Assembly: GCA_963725665.1 (NCBI GenBank)
Contig: CAVRZA010000004.1
Span: 448,001-512,000, forward strand
Source of the DNA: an uncultured Actinomycetes bacterium
GTDB lineage: Bacteria > Actinomycetota > Thermoleophilia > UBA2241
Direction of reading: 5' to 3'
Length of the DNA stretch: 64,000 nt
This document shows, in pieces, positions 28,949-38,340 of the stretch (positions within the stretch are counted from its first letter, which is position 1; the number at the start of each line of letters is the position of its first letter). A program made the position numbers and the translations under genes. The notes beneath the pieces were generated by a model. The model ran no database searches, was not told where the DNA came from, and was given only the letters and a program-made list of their open reading frames with translations.

Positions 28949-30772
28949 GTGACGGAGAACGGCACGCCGGATCGATTCCGTCGGTCTCTCCGACGCCGTC
29001 TCACGCACCGACTACGAGCGATCCAATGGCCACTGGTCGGCGTTGCGGCTGCGCTGGCGATCGTGCTGGGCTACATAGGATTCAAGGAGTACTACGAGAT
29101 TGTCGGGGAGCAGCGCGGCTTCTGGGATGTCCTGTATTCTGACTTGCAGCTGTTCCCGCTGCAGTCGGGTCTGACGACCGGCCCTGTCCCCTGGCAACTC
29201 AACGTCGCCCGCTTCCTCGCTCCCGCCGTCACCACGGTCACAGCCGCGGCGGCCATCGCTGCCCTGCTCAGCGAACGCCTGCGACTGGCCCGCCTGCGTT
29301 ACCTCCGCGACCACACCGTTGTCTGCGGCCTCGGCCGCAAGGGGCTCATGATCGCCGAGAGTCTGGCGCGCCGCGGCGAGCGTGTCTTGGTCGTCGAGAG
29401 CGACGAGCAGAACGACTATCTCGATCGCTGCCGGGAGCGCGGCGTGCCGGTCCTGTTCGGGGATGCTGCCGACCCCCGGCTGCTGGGGCGCGCGCGCGTC
29501 GACCGCGCCCGGCGGGTCGTGGCCGTCACCGGCGACGACGGCGTGAATGCCGAGGTCGCCGTCGCGTGCCGGGGGCTGGTCACGGGCCGCCGCGGCTCGC
29601 CCCTCGACTGCTTCGTGCACCTCGTCGACACTCAGCTCTGCCGGCTCCTCTACGAGCAGGAGCTCCGCTTGGCAGGACGCGATTCCCTGCGGCTCGAGTT
29701 CTTCGACGTCCACCATCGCTGCGCTCGCGCGCTGCTGAACGAGTTCCCGTTCTTCGCGGCGGACGTTGTCACGGGAAGACCGACGGGGTCGATACCGGCC
29801 TCTCGGCCTCACGTCCTCGTCGTGGGCTGCGGCCGGACCGGCCAGGACCTCATCGTGCAGGCTGCCCGCCAGTGGTGGCGTGAGCATCGTGATTCGGGCG
29901 AGCGCTTCTGGGTCACGATCGTCGACTGGCACGCGCTCGCGCGGCTCGAGGGTCTGCGCCTCCGTTACCCGCGCCTCGGCGATGCGTGCGAGGTGACGCC
30001 GGTGGAGCTCGACGTCACGTCCCCCGAGTTCGAGCACGCCGCCTTTCTGGGCGGCGGTGACGGCGTGCCCGCCGTCACCGCCGCCTACATCTGTCTCGAC
30101 GACGACTCGCGCAGCCTGTCGGCGGGTCTCGCCCTGCTGCCGCGCACGCGTGCCGCGGGCATCCTCGTCGTCGTGCGCATGATGGAGGAGGTCGGACTGG
30201 CGACGCTCGCCACCGGCGACAAGGACGGCGGCACGGAGCTGCGTGCCTTCGGCGTGCTCGGCTACGTGTGCGCGCCCGAGCGGCTCTTCGCCGGCATGCA
30301 CGAGACCCTCGCCAGGGCGGTCCACGAGGACTTCGTCGCCGGGCGCCTGCAGGCCGGCGAGAGCTCCGCGACGAACCCGGCTCTCGTGGACTGGGACGAG
30401 CTGCCCCCCGGCCTGCGTGAGTCGAACCTCGATCAGGCGGCGCACATCTTCGAGAAGCTGCGCGAGGTCGACTGCGACCTAGCCCCGCTCACCGATTGGA
30501 ACGCGGAGTCCTTCACCTTCACGCGGGAGCAGGTCGAGAAGCTGGCCGAGATGGAGCACGTCCGTTTTGTGAAGGAGCGTCTCGACGCGGGCTGGACGTA
30601 CCAGCCGGGACCGAAGGACATCGCCAGGAAGTCGAGCCCCTACCTGAGGCCGTGGGACGACCTGAGCGACGGCGAGAAGGAGTTCGACCGTCGCGCGGTG
30701 CGCGACCTGCCGCTCATCCTGGCCGACGTCGGCCTGCAGATCGTCCGACGCGACGGCGAGGAGGGCGCATGA
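28949..30772 (+). CDS. 2-TM + tandem TrkA_N/RCK NAD-binding + RyR domain protein
   Basis: HTVVCGLGRKG, GDAAD, second Rossmann HVLVVGCGRTG, RyR LAEMEH.RF......GW......D...K..P.L.PW..L...EKEFD. Confidence 0.85.
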   Translation: MTENGTPDRFRRSLRRRLTHRLRAIQWPLVGVAAALAIVLGYIGFKEYYEIVGEQRGFWDVLYSDLQLFPLQSGLTTGPVPWQLNVARFLAPAVTTVTAAAAIAALLSERLRLARLRYLRDHTVVCGLGRKGLMIAESLARRGERVLVVESDEQNDYLDRCRERGVPVLFGDAADPRLLGRARVDRARRVVAVTGDDGVNAEVAVACRGLVTGRRGSPLDCFVHLVDTQLCRLLYEQELRLAGRDSLRLEFFDVHHRCARALLNEFPFFAADVVTGRPTGSIPASRPHVLVVGCGRTGQDLIVQAARQWWREHRDSGERFWVTIVDWHALARLEGLRLRYPRLGDACEVTPVELDVTSPEFEHAAFLGGGDGVPAVTAAYICLDDDSRSLSAGLALLPRTRAAGILVVVRMMEEVGLATLATGDKDGGTELRAFGVLGYVCAPERLFAGMHETLARAVHEDFVAGRLQAGESSATNPALVDWDELPPGLRESNLDQAAHIFEKLREVDCDLAPLTDWNAESFTFTREQVEKLAEMEHVRFVKERLDAGWTYQPGPKDIARKSSPYLRPWDDLSDGEKEFDRRAVRDLPLILADVGLQIVRRDGEEGA

Positions 30773-30850
30773 CCGGCGAGCGCCTCGGCGGCCGCGTCTC
30801 GGCGACAAGCCGACCGAGTCGGCGCGCCCGCCACGAGTCGGGGGAGCCCC

Positions 30851-33355
30851 ATGGGTAACGATACCGGCTGCAGCATCGCCGTCCTGGTCGTCTTCGCCGC
30901 GCTGGCCGTATTGCTCGCCATCCTCGGCGACAGTGTGCTCACCGGGGCGCTGGTTTTCGCCGGCATCCTGCTTGTGATGCACGGTAGCAACCGCGCCGCA
31001 GGGGGCGGGGCCGTGCAAGGATGGACGGAGATCGTGGCTGGGGTCGGGGCGACCGCCGCCGCCATGTGGCTGGGCGGCATGGGCGGACGCTGGTGGTGGC
31101 TGCCCGTGTGGCTGTTTCTGGGCTACGTCGTGTTGTTCAACGGTAACAAGGCACGGCTGACGGACAGGCGTCATGGGGATTCACTGATCGCCTTCGGCGT
31201 GCTCCTCATGATCTTCAGCGTGCTGGCGCCGCTGTGGGTCTACCCGGCGCTCGCCTCGGAGGCTCCCGAGAGCGCCGTCGGCTTCTCCGTGAGCGATGGC
31301 CTCGGCGCCGCATGGGATCTGGTCGGCACGGTCGTCACGTCGCTGTGGGGCTGGCTGAACCTGCTGTTCGTGGTCTTCATCGGGGTCGCGATGTGGCGCC
31401 GCCACGGGGCGTGGGTGCTGCCCGCGCTCGTGCTGGCGGCCGCCTTCGTCGTCGGCGGCTTCTCCAGCAGCGCCGGCGCCGACCTCGCGGCTGCCGCCGG
31501 CCACAGCCCGGCTTCGTGGATGAAGAGCCTGGTCCTGGCCTCCAACGACCATTGGGGCACCGCCGGCTGGGGCATCCTGCTGCTCGGCCTCGGTCTCGTG
31601 GCGTTCGCGGCGCCGCTGTTGCGCAAGCTCCTGGCCATCAACCGGGTGGTCATGGCGGCCGAGGTGGTCAAGCGTCGTGAGGGCGACGAGGCGTCGCTTC
31701 GCTACATGGTGGAGCGCGGCTGCGGGCCGGGCACGATGATGCTCGTTTTGTCGGCGTTCCAGGGGCTCATCGTGGGCATCGGGATCGCCCTCTGGGTCGG
31801 GCTGCGGTGGGCGGCCGGCACGGCCGGGGCGCTGCCCTTCGATCCCTTCCGCATCCCCGATCTCGCGGTACCGAACTTCAGGCCGGTCTGGCAGCTCTCG
31901 TACTTCGCCCTGGCCGTGGCGGTCGGTGCGTCGGCCGTCCTCGCCAGCCGCATCATGGTGCGCCTGCGGGTCTCGGAGCGCGTGCCGGTGCTGACCAACC
32001 CCGTGTGGCAGATCGGGATCGTCGTCATCGGGGCTTTTCTCGCTCCCGCTGGTGTCTTCCTATTGAGCCTGTCGGGGATCTGGATGCAGGCCGCCCTGGC
32101 GCCGATACTGGCCGGGCGCGCAGGACCCGAGGAGAGCGACGTGGGACCCGGTGCGGCCTCGATGCTCGAGTATCTGGAGGCGCTGCAAAGCTCGCAGACG
32201 ACGACTGAGCTGGGTGCCGGCACGGTGGTCTCCAAGGAACCGCCGCCGCAAGAGCGCGCCGCCGGCGGCGCGCAAGCCGTGCCGGGGCTGGGCGTCGTCG
32301 GCGACAAGGAGCGCCCGGTGTGGGAGCGCGGTTCGGGCGAGGACGAGCGCCCGGTGTGGGAGCGTGGAGGCGAGGTCACGCCGAGCGAGGCCGCCGTCGC
32401 CGGCGGGCTCATCGCGGGTGGCGCGGCGCTCGAGGGTCTTGCCGGCGAACCTGCGGATGAGCTTCTGGGAAGCCAGTGGTTCGTGCACGGCGAACCCATC
32501 GTCGATCTGGCCTGTCTGCACCGCGTGGAGCTCGTCGTGCTCGACGACAAGGGCGATGTGACCGTGTATCGCAGAGAGAAGGCCGTGCGCCGCAAGCGCC
32601 TGGCCGTCTCGCGGCCGCTCGGCCTGGGCGTGGCTCTCGACGATCACTTGGTCTTGGTCGACGGCGACGGCCGCGTCGTCGAGTTCTCGCTCGCCGAAGA
32701 GGACTACGGTGGGGAAGATGCTTCGAGTGGGCGGGCGCACATCGTGCACGCCGGCGTCACCGAGGCCATCGACTGCTTTGCCGTCAGCCCGTCGGGGACG
32801 ATGGTCGCCTTCGCGGCCGCGGCGCGGCCGCAGGTCTCCGCCTTCTTCCTGAGCAGCGAGATCACCCGCGTGCTGGCCGACGGCGTCGGGCGGCCGTCGG
32901 CCCTCGGCTTCGCCGCCGACGGCCGCCGCCTCGCCGTCGGCACAGCGACCGGCGACGTGCGCATCCTCGATGTGGGTGGGCAGGGAGTGACCGGCGAGCT
33001 GCGCGACAACCGCTTCGCGGGCAGTGCCGTGAGCGCCGTCGCCGGGGCGCGAGACGGCCGCTGGCTGGTGGCTTACGACAACGAGCGCCTGGCACTGTGG
33101 GGCGGCGAAGGAGAGCTGGTGCGCGACATCGACGCCGGGGCTGCTGTGGTCTGCCTCACGGTCGATGAGATCTCGGGCAGCGTCGCCTTTGGGACGTCGC
33201 GCGGTTCGGTGCGCGTCAGCGACACGGACCTGGATGAGGTGCTCGTCGACGGGCGCATGGCGTCCAGCGCCGTCAAGGGCGTCGTGTTCATGGGCACCGG
33301 CAGCGAGATCGTCTGCGCCGGCGCCGGCGGCGAGGTGCGCTACCTGGCGCTGTAG
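30851..33355 (+). CDS. multi-TM protein with YidC/Oxa1-like segment and C-terminal beta-propeller
   Basis: Many TM helices; GWGILLL...PL, ERGCGP, FQ, IALW..LR, IPDL..P, PAG pattern; WD40-like AVSPSG and FAADGRRLAVG repeats. Confidence 0.65.
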   Translation: MGNDTGCSIAVLVVFAALAVLLAILGDSVLTGALVFAGILLVMHGSNRAAGGGAVQGWTEIVAGVGATAAAMWLGGMGGRWWWLPVWLFLGYVVLFNGNKARLTDRRHGDSLIAFGVLLMIFSVLAPLWVYPALASEAPESAVGFSVSDGLGAAWDLVGTVVTSLWGWLNLLFVVFIGVAMWRRHGAWVLPALVLAAAFVVGGFSSSAGADLAAAAGHSPASWMKSLVLASNDHWGTAGWGILLLGLGLVAFAAPLLRKLLAINRVVMAAEVVKRREGDEASLRYMVERGCGPGTMMLVLSAFQGLIVGIGIALWVGLRWAAGTAGALPFDPFRIPDLAVPNFRPVWQLSYFALAVAVGASAVLASRIMVRLRVSERVPVLTNPVWQIGIVVIGAFLAPAGVFLLSLSGIWMQAALAPILAGRAGPEESDVGPGAASMLEYLEALQSSQTTTELGAGTVVSKEPPPQERAAGGAQAVPGLGVVGDKERPVWERGSGEDERPVWERGGEVTPSEAAVAGGLIAGGAALEGLAGEPADELLGSQWFVHGEPIVDLACLHRVELVVLDDKGDVTVYRREKAVRRKRLAVSRPLGLGVALDDHLVLVDGDGRVVEFSLAEEDYGGEDASSGRAHIVHAGVTEAIDCFAVSPSGTMVAFAAAARPQVSAFFLSSEITRVLADGVGRPSALGFAADGRRLAVGTATGDVRILDVGGQGVTGELRDNRFAGSAVSAVAGARDGRWLVAYDNERLALWGGEGELVRDIDAGAAVVCLTVDEISGSVAFGTSRGSVRVSDTDLDEVLVDGRMASSAVKGVVFMGTGSEIVCAGAGGEVRYLAL
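32309..32364 (+). repeat. 20-bp direct repeat, 36-nt period, in coding linker (ERPVWERG x2)
   Basis: gagcgcccggtgtgggagcg at 32309 and 32345. Confidence 0.8.
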
Positions 33356-33401
33356 TCGCTCGCCACGCCGCCGGCGCCCGTCACGCTGACGCCGCCGGTG
33401 T

Positions 33402-33773
33402 TCACCACCAACCGATGAGCCCGAGGCCGCGCTGCGCGCAGAGGCCGAAGAAGGCTTGCAGCATGCGGATCTCGTCGGGCGTGGGCGTGTACCGTTCGCC
33501 CAGGTCGAGACCCTCGGTGGCCGTCTCTGGATCGCACTTGGCGATCCGTGCTGCCATCGCGGCCATCGTCTCGGGCGGGATCCATTCCTGGTACAGCGAC
33601 TCCTCGGTGACCTCCATCACGAAGAGGTCGTAGACCTTGCCGCGGATCGAGGCGGCCCCGTCGCTGAACATCCCGCCGCAGAGCTCGATATCCGACTCGG
33701 CGAAGGCTCGCTCGTCCTCGGGTGTGAGGACGACGTCCTCGGGGATGCGCGAGACCAAGTTGTCGAGTCCCAT
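33402..33773 (-). CDS. MGLD-family small protein, paralog 3
   Basis: MGLDNLVSR...SIRGKVY...SLYQEWIPPETMAAMA...CAQRGLGLIGWW. Confidence 0.8.
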   Translation of the reverse strand: MGLDNLVSRIPEDVVLTPEDERAFAESDIELCGGMFSDGAASIRGKVYDLFVMEVTEESLYQEWIPPETMAAMAARIAKCDPETATEGLDLGERYTPTPDEIRMLQAFFGLCAQRGLGLIGWW

Positions 33774-33857
33774 TTGCGACTCCAGCCCTTCAGCGGGCGG
33801 CCAAGGGTCGAACGCGACGCGAGCCGCTTCTCGTGGCGCGACGAGACATGGAAGACA

Positions 33858-34292
33858 TCACAGCTCGCTGCGCTTCTTGCCGCCCCACTTCTCCTTGATT
33901 TGGTCGTCGTACTGGTTCGTGCTGATGGCCACCAGATGGACGGCGACCTCGAGCTCGGCCTGGTTGAGGAAGTCGCCCAGCAAGGCCTGCTCGAAGTGGA
34001 CCTCCTGGCGCTCGGTGTAGAGGGCCAGCTTGCCGAACAGCAGCTTGGCGTTCTCCTCCGAGAGGAAGATGCCCAAATCGCCGTCGATGCGCATGTCCTT
34101 GTTGCACAACGACTCGACCTTGACCACCGTGCGCCCGTCGGGCAGCTCGCGCGGCATGACGAAGACCTGGACTCCGTCCTCGAACATGAGCACGAAGTCC
34201 TGGTCCATGTCTATCATGTACTTGAGGCCGCAGGCCGTGAGGTAGTTCTTGCAGGTCTCGCGGAGTGCCTTGAGGTGCTCGGAGTCGGTCAC
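33858..34292 (-). CDS. YbjN-like (T3SS chaperone fold) protein
   Basis: L...N.KLLFGKL......V.....LLGDFL...EL...V........YDDQI...WGG. Confidence 0.75.
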   Translation of the reverse strand: MTDSEHLKALRETCKNYLTACGLKYMIDMDQDFVLMFEDGVQVFVMPRELPDGRTVVKVESLCNKDMRIDGDLGIFLSEENAKLLFGKLALYTERQEVHFEQALLGDFLNQAELEVAVHLVAISTNQYDDQIKEKWGGKKRSEL

Positions 34293-34371
34293 GGTGGTCT
34301 CCCTTCGAGTCGCGTTGATCCGCGCGGCGGGGCCATCTGGCCTCGCGGCACGAGACGATCACGGTGCGCGC

Positions 34372-34815
34372 TCAGTCTGGGCCTTCCAGGTCCCAGCCGC
34401 ACTTGGCGCACCACTTGGCGCCGGGCTTGTTGGTCGCCCGACAATTGGGGTTGCGACAGACGAGGGAGGCGGGGCCGGCGGCCCCGCCTCCCTCGTCTTC
34501 CTGTGCCGCGCTGGTGCTGCATTCGACCAGTAGCACCTCGCTGGCGCCGATCTTGACGATGTTGCCCTGTGACATCTCACGAGTGCCGGTCGCCTGCTCG
34601 CCGTTGAGGGTGAACGTCTCGCCACACGTGAGCTTCACGCCCTCGCTGCCGACCTCGAACGCGACGTCGTCGAAGTCGCCGAGATCGGGCTTCTGCACCG
34701 GAGGCAGGTCGGCAATCTCGCTCCCCAGGCTGACGCCGCCGTGAGCGATCGTGAACGTCAGCCCGTCGTAGGGCCCCGACACGAACTCGAAGCGCGCGTG
34801 CCACTCGCCGCTCAA
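34372..34815 (-). CDS. degenerate FHA-like domain + C-terminal zinc ribbon
   Basis: SGPYDG..F, LNGE, GNIVKIGA; CRNPNC...N...AKWCAKCG. Confidence 0.65.
   Translation of the reverse strand: MSGEWHARFEFVSGPYDGLTFTIAHGGVSLGSEIADLPPVQKPDLGDFDDVAFEVGSEGVKLTCGETFTLNGEQATGTREMSQGNIVKIGASEVLLVECSTSAAQEDEGGGAAGPASLVCRNPNCRATNKPGAKWCAKCGWDLEGPD
34458..34498. repeat. perfect 19-bp inverted repeat inside CDS
   Basis: agacgagggaggcggggcc-ggc-ggccccgcctccctcgtct. Confidence 0.8.
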
Positions 34816-37262
34816 GGCGCACCTTCCGCGGCTGGCTCCGACGGCTCTGCCGCCGGCCGAGGTACCTTGGCCGGCGGCTCGGCTCCCATGTCGCCGGGTT
34901 CGTTCGCCGGTAGGACGGTGAAGGTCAGCTTGCCGCGCTTCACGCCCAGACGCACACCGTCGTGTTCCCCGAGGGCGCCCTTGAGCAGCTCGTTGGAGAG
35001 GGGCTCGGCCACGAGGTCCTGGATCGCGCGCCGCAACGGTCGGGCGCCCATCGTCTCGTCTTGGTCGTGTTTGACGAGGAAGGCGAGCGCCTTCGCGTCG
35101 GCCTCGACGCGCATCGGCAGTCGAGTGAGCATCAGGCTGGCGATGCGCGCCAGGTCCGCATCGCCCAGGGGGTTGAAGACGATGATCTCGTCGAAGCGAT
35201 TGCGGAACTCGGGCGCGAAGGTGCGCGTCAGGTCCTCTGCTACGGCTGCCTTCACCTCGTCGGCCGTCAGCTTCTCCTTGAGGTCGACCCTGAAGCCGAT
35301 GAAGCGTCGCTTGCCGATGTTGCGCGAGCCCACGTTCGAGGTCATGACGATGACCGCGTTGCGGAAGTCGGCCACCCTGCCCAGCCCGTCGGTGAGTCGG
35401 CCTTCGTCCATCAGCCCGAGTAGCAGCTCGTGCACCGCCGTGTCTGCCTTCTCGAGCTCGTCGAAGAGGACCACCGAGTAGGGGTCGCGACGGATCGCTT
35501 CGGTCAGCATGCCGCCCATCTCGGAGTTGACGTAGCCCGGCGGCGAGCCGATCAGGCGTGAGATGAAGTGCTCGCTGTAGGACTCACTCATGTCGACGCG
35601 GATGAGGCGACTCTCGTCGTCGAAGAGCGCCTCGGCGAGCGACTTGGCGAGCTCCGTCTTGCCCACCCCTGTGGGGCCGAGGAAGAGGAAGCAGCCGATG
35701 GGCCGCATGGGATCGCCGAACGCCGTGCGTGCGGTGCGGATCGACTGCGCCACCGCCGCCACGGCGTGGTCCTGGCCGAGCACCCGATGTCGCAGGATGC
35801 CTTCCAGATCGAGCAGCCGCTCGGCCTCGGTGGCCTTCACCTTGCCCACGGGGATGCGGCGCCAGCTCGAGACCGCCAGCGCGACCTCGTCGGGGCCGAT
35901 CGTCAGCTTGGCGTCCGGCGACGACTCGGCGGTCCTCTCGAACAGCGTCCGCCGTTCCTCCGGCGACAGGTCGCTCAGGTCGAGGTCGCCGAGGCCGAGC
36001 CACTCGCGCATGCGGCTCTCGGCGCAACTGCGGTCGATCAGCTCCAGCGCCTTGTCGGGCAGACGGCGGTCGGTCACGTAGCGGATCGCCAGCTGGACGG
36101 CAGCCCGCAGGGCGTCGTCGGAGATGCTCACGTTGTGGAACTCCTCGTAGCGGGCGCGGAGGCCGGCCAGGATCTCCAGGGTGTCGTCGGCCGTCGGCTC
36201 GGGCACACGGACCATCGCGAAGCGGCGCTCGAGTGCCGGGTCCTTCTCGATGTTCTTGCGGTACTCGTCGTAGGTGGTCGCACCGATGACGGTGATCTCG
36301 CCGCGCGAGAGAGCCGGTTTGAGGATGTTGGCCGCGTCCATTGTGTCGTGCAGGCCGGTCGCGCCGGCGCCGACGAGCATGTGGATCTCGTCGATGAAGA
36401 GGATCAGCGAGGAGTCGTCGCGGGCCTCCTTGATGAGCGCCTGGAGCTTCTCCTCGAGCTGGCCGCGCACGCCGGTGCCGGCGACGATGTTGGCCACTTC
36501 GACCGTGCGGATGCGTTTGCCTTGCAGTTGCGGTGGCACGGTGCCGCGGGCGAGAAGCTGGGCGAGACCCTCGACGATGGCCGTCTTGCCGACGCCCGCC
36601 TCGCCCACCAGCACGGGGTTGTTCTTCTCGCTCTTGCAGAGGACGGAGATGATCTGCAGGAGCTCCATCTGGCGGCCGATGACCGGGCGCAGCTTGCCCT
36701 GCTTCGCGAGCTCGGTGAGGTCGCGGCCGAGCGTCTCCATGAGGTCGCTCGACGAGGCCAATTCGGGCTGTTCGACGGGCGTGCGGCCGCGGTAGGCGCT
36801 CTCCGTCCACTCGTAGGCGGCGATCATGTCGCGGACGGCTTGGGCGACGGCGGCGGGATCCGCGCCCATGCTCCCGAGGGTCCGCACGGGCAGGCTGTTC
36901 TCCTCGGCGAGGATGGCCAGCAGGATGTGGGGCGCCCAGACCACCTCGTCGGTGTTGCCCTCGGGCCGCACGGTGAGGGCGAGTTGCATCGCCGCCTCCA
37001 TGACCCGCTTAGCCCGTGGGGTCATCCCTACGTCGCTCTCCCCGGGGGGACCCTCCTGTCGAGCCGCTTCGCGCACGCGCCGCGCGGCCTCGTCGATGTC
37101 CACGCCGGCGGCGCCGCAGCGCAGGTGGATGTTCCTGTCGTCGAGAGCGACGACGCCCAGGAAGAGGTGCTCGACACCGAGGTGCCGATGGCCGAGTTCG
37201 GTGCGAGCACGCTCGGCGTGCGTTACGGCGAGTGTGGCCGAGTTACCCAGTTCAACGGCCAT
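34812..37262 (-). CDS. ClpC/ClpA-like double AAA+ ATPase (accessory paralog)
   Basis: Clp_N repeats (EHLFLG, HILLAIL), GEAGVGKT, FIDEIH, DPALERRF, GPTGVGKT, LFDELEKA, IGF loop, GARPLRR. Confidence 0.92.
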   Translation of the reverse strand: MAVELGNSATLAVTHAERARTELGHRHLGVEHLFLGVVALDDRNIHLRCGAAGVDIDEAARRVREAARQEGPPGESDVGMTPRAKRVMEAAMQLALTVRPEGNTDEVVWAPHILLAILAEENSLPVRTLGSMGADPAAVAQAVRDMIAAYEWTESAYRGRTPVEQPELASSSDLMETLGRDLTELAKQGKLRPVIGRQMELLQIISVLCKSEKNNPVLVGEAGVGKTAIVEGLAQLLARGTVPPQLQGKRIRTVEVANIVAGTGVRGQLEEKLQALIKEARDDSSLILFIDEIHMLVGAGATGLHDTMDAANILKPALSRGEITVIGATTYDEYRKNIEKDPALERRFAMVRVPEPTADDTLEILAGLRARYEEFHNVSISDDALRAAVQLAIRYVTDRRLPDKALELIDRSCAESRMREWLGLGDLDLSDLSPEERRTLFERTAESSPDAKLTIGPDEVALAVSSWRRIPVGKVKATEAERLLDLEGILRHRVLGQDHAVAAVAQSIRTARTAFGDPMRPIGCFLFLGPTGVGKTELAKSLAEALFDDESRLIRVDMSESYSEHFISRLIGSPPGYVNSEMGGMLTEAIRRDPYSVVLFDELEKADTAVHELLLGLMDEGRLTDGLGRVADFRNAVIVMTSNVGSRNIGKRRFIGFRVDLKEKLTADEVKAAVAEDLTRTFAPEFRNRFDEIIVFNPLGDADLARIASLMLTRLPMRVEADAKALAFLVKHDQDETMGARPLRRAIQDLVAEPLSNELLKGALGEHDGVRLGVKRGKLTFTVLPANEPGDMGAEPPAKVPRPAAEPSEPAAEGAP

Positions 37263-37308
37263 GGATCCCCTTTCCGCGGCCTGTCAGACGAGCGGCCGCT
37301 CAGTCCCG

Positions 37309-37317
37309 ACTATACCA
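37309..37317 (-). promoter_or_regulatory. extended -10 promoter of the Clp operon
   Basis: Minus-strand TG-G-TATAGT about 47 nt upstream of the ATG, which has an AAGGGG RBS. Confidence 0.45.
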
Positions 37318-37478
37318 GGCGTTGCCTGGTGCTTGCGCTTTCGGACCCCGGCGAGACGGCCGCGCGTTCTCGGCGACCTGGTCGCGTCCGGTCTGAGGTC
37401 GGCATCGGCCTGGAGAGGCTCCCTGGTGCGATAGAGTTGCCGACGGCAGGCCCGCGAGACTCCCGAGGAGGTCGCTCG

Positions 37479-38252
<774 letters not shown>

Positions 38253-38340
38253 CAGCACGTTCCGCAGGCGCGACGCTGCGCGGCGCCGCCCGACGCCTGC
38301 GCGACATCCCGCGCTGCTCCGGCCCTCAGCTGCGGTCGCC

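Noticed and set aside
7240-37478. Prophage, ICE or IS as the island vehicle
   Set aside because: No integrase, transposase, phage structural gene, tRNA or flanking att repeat was recognised.
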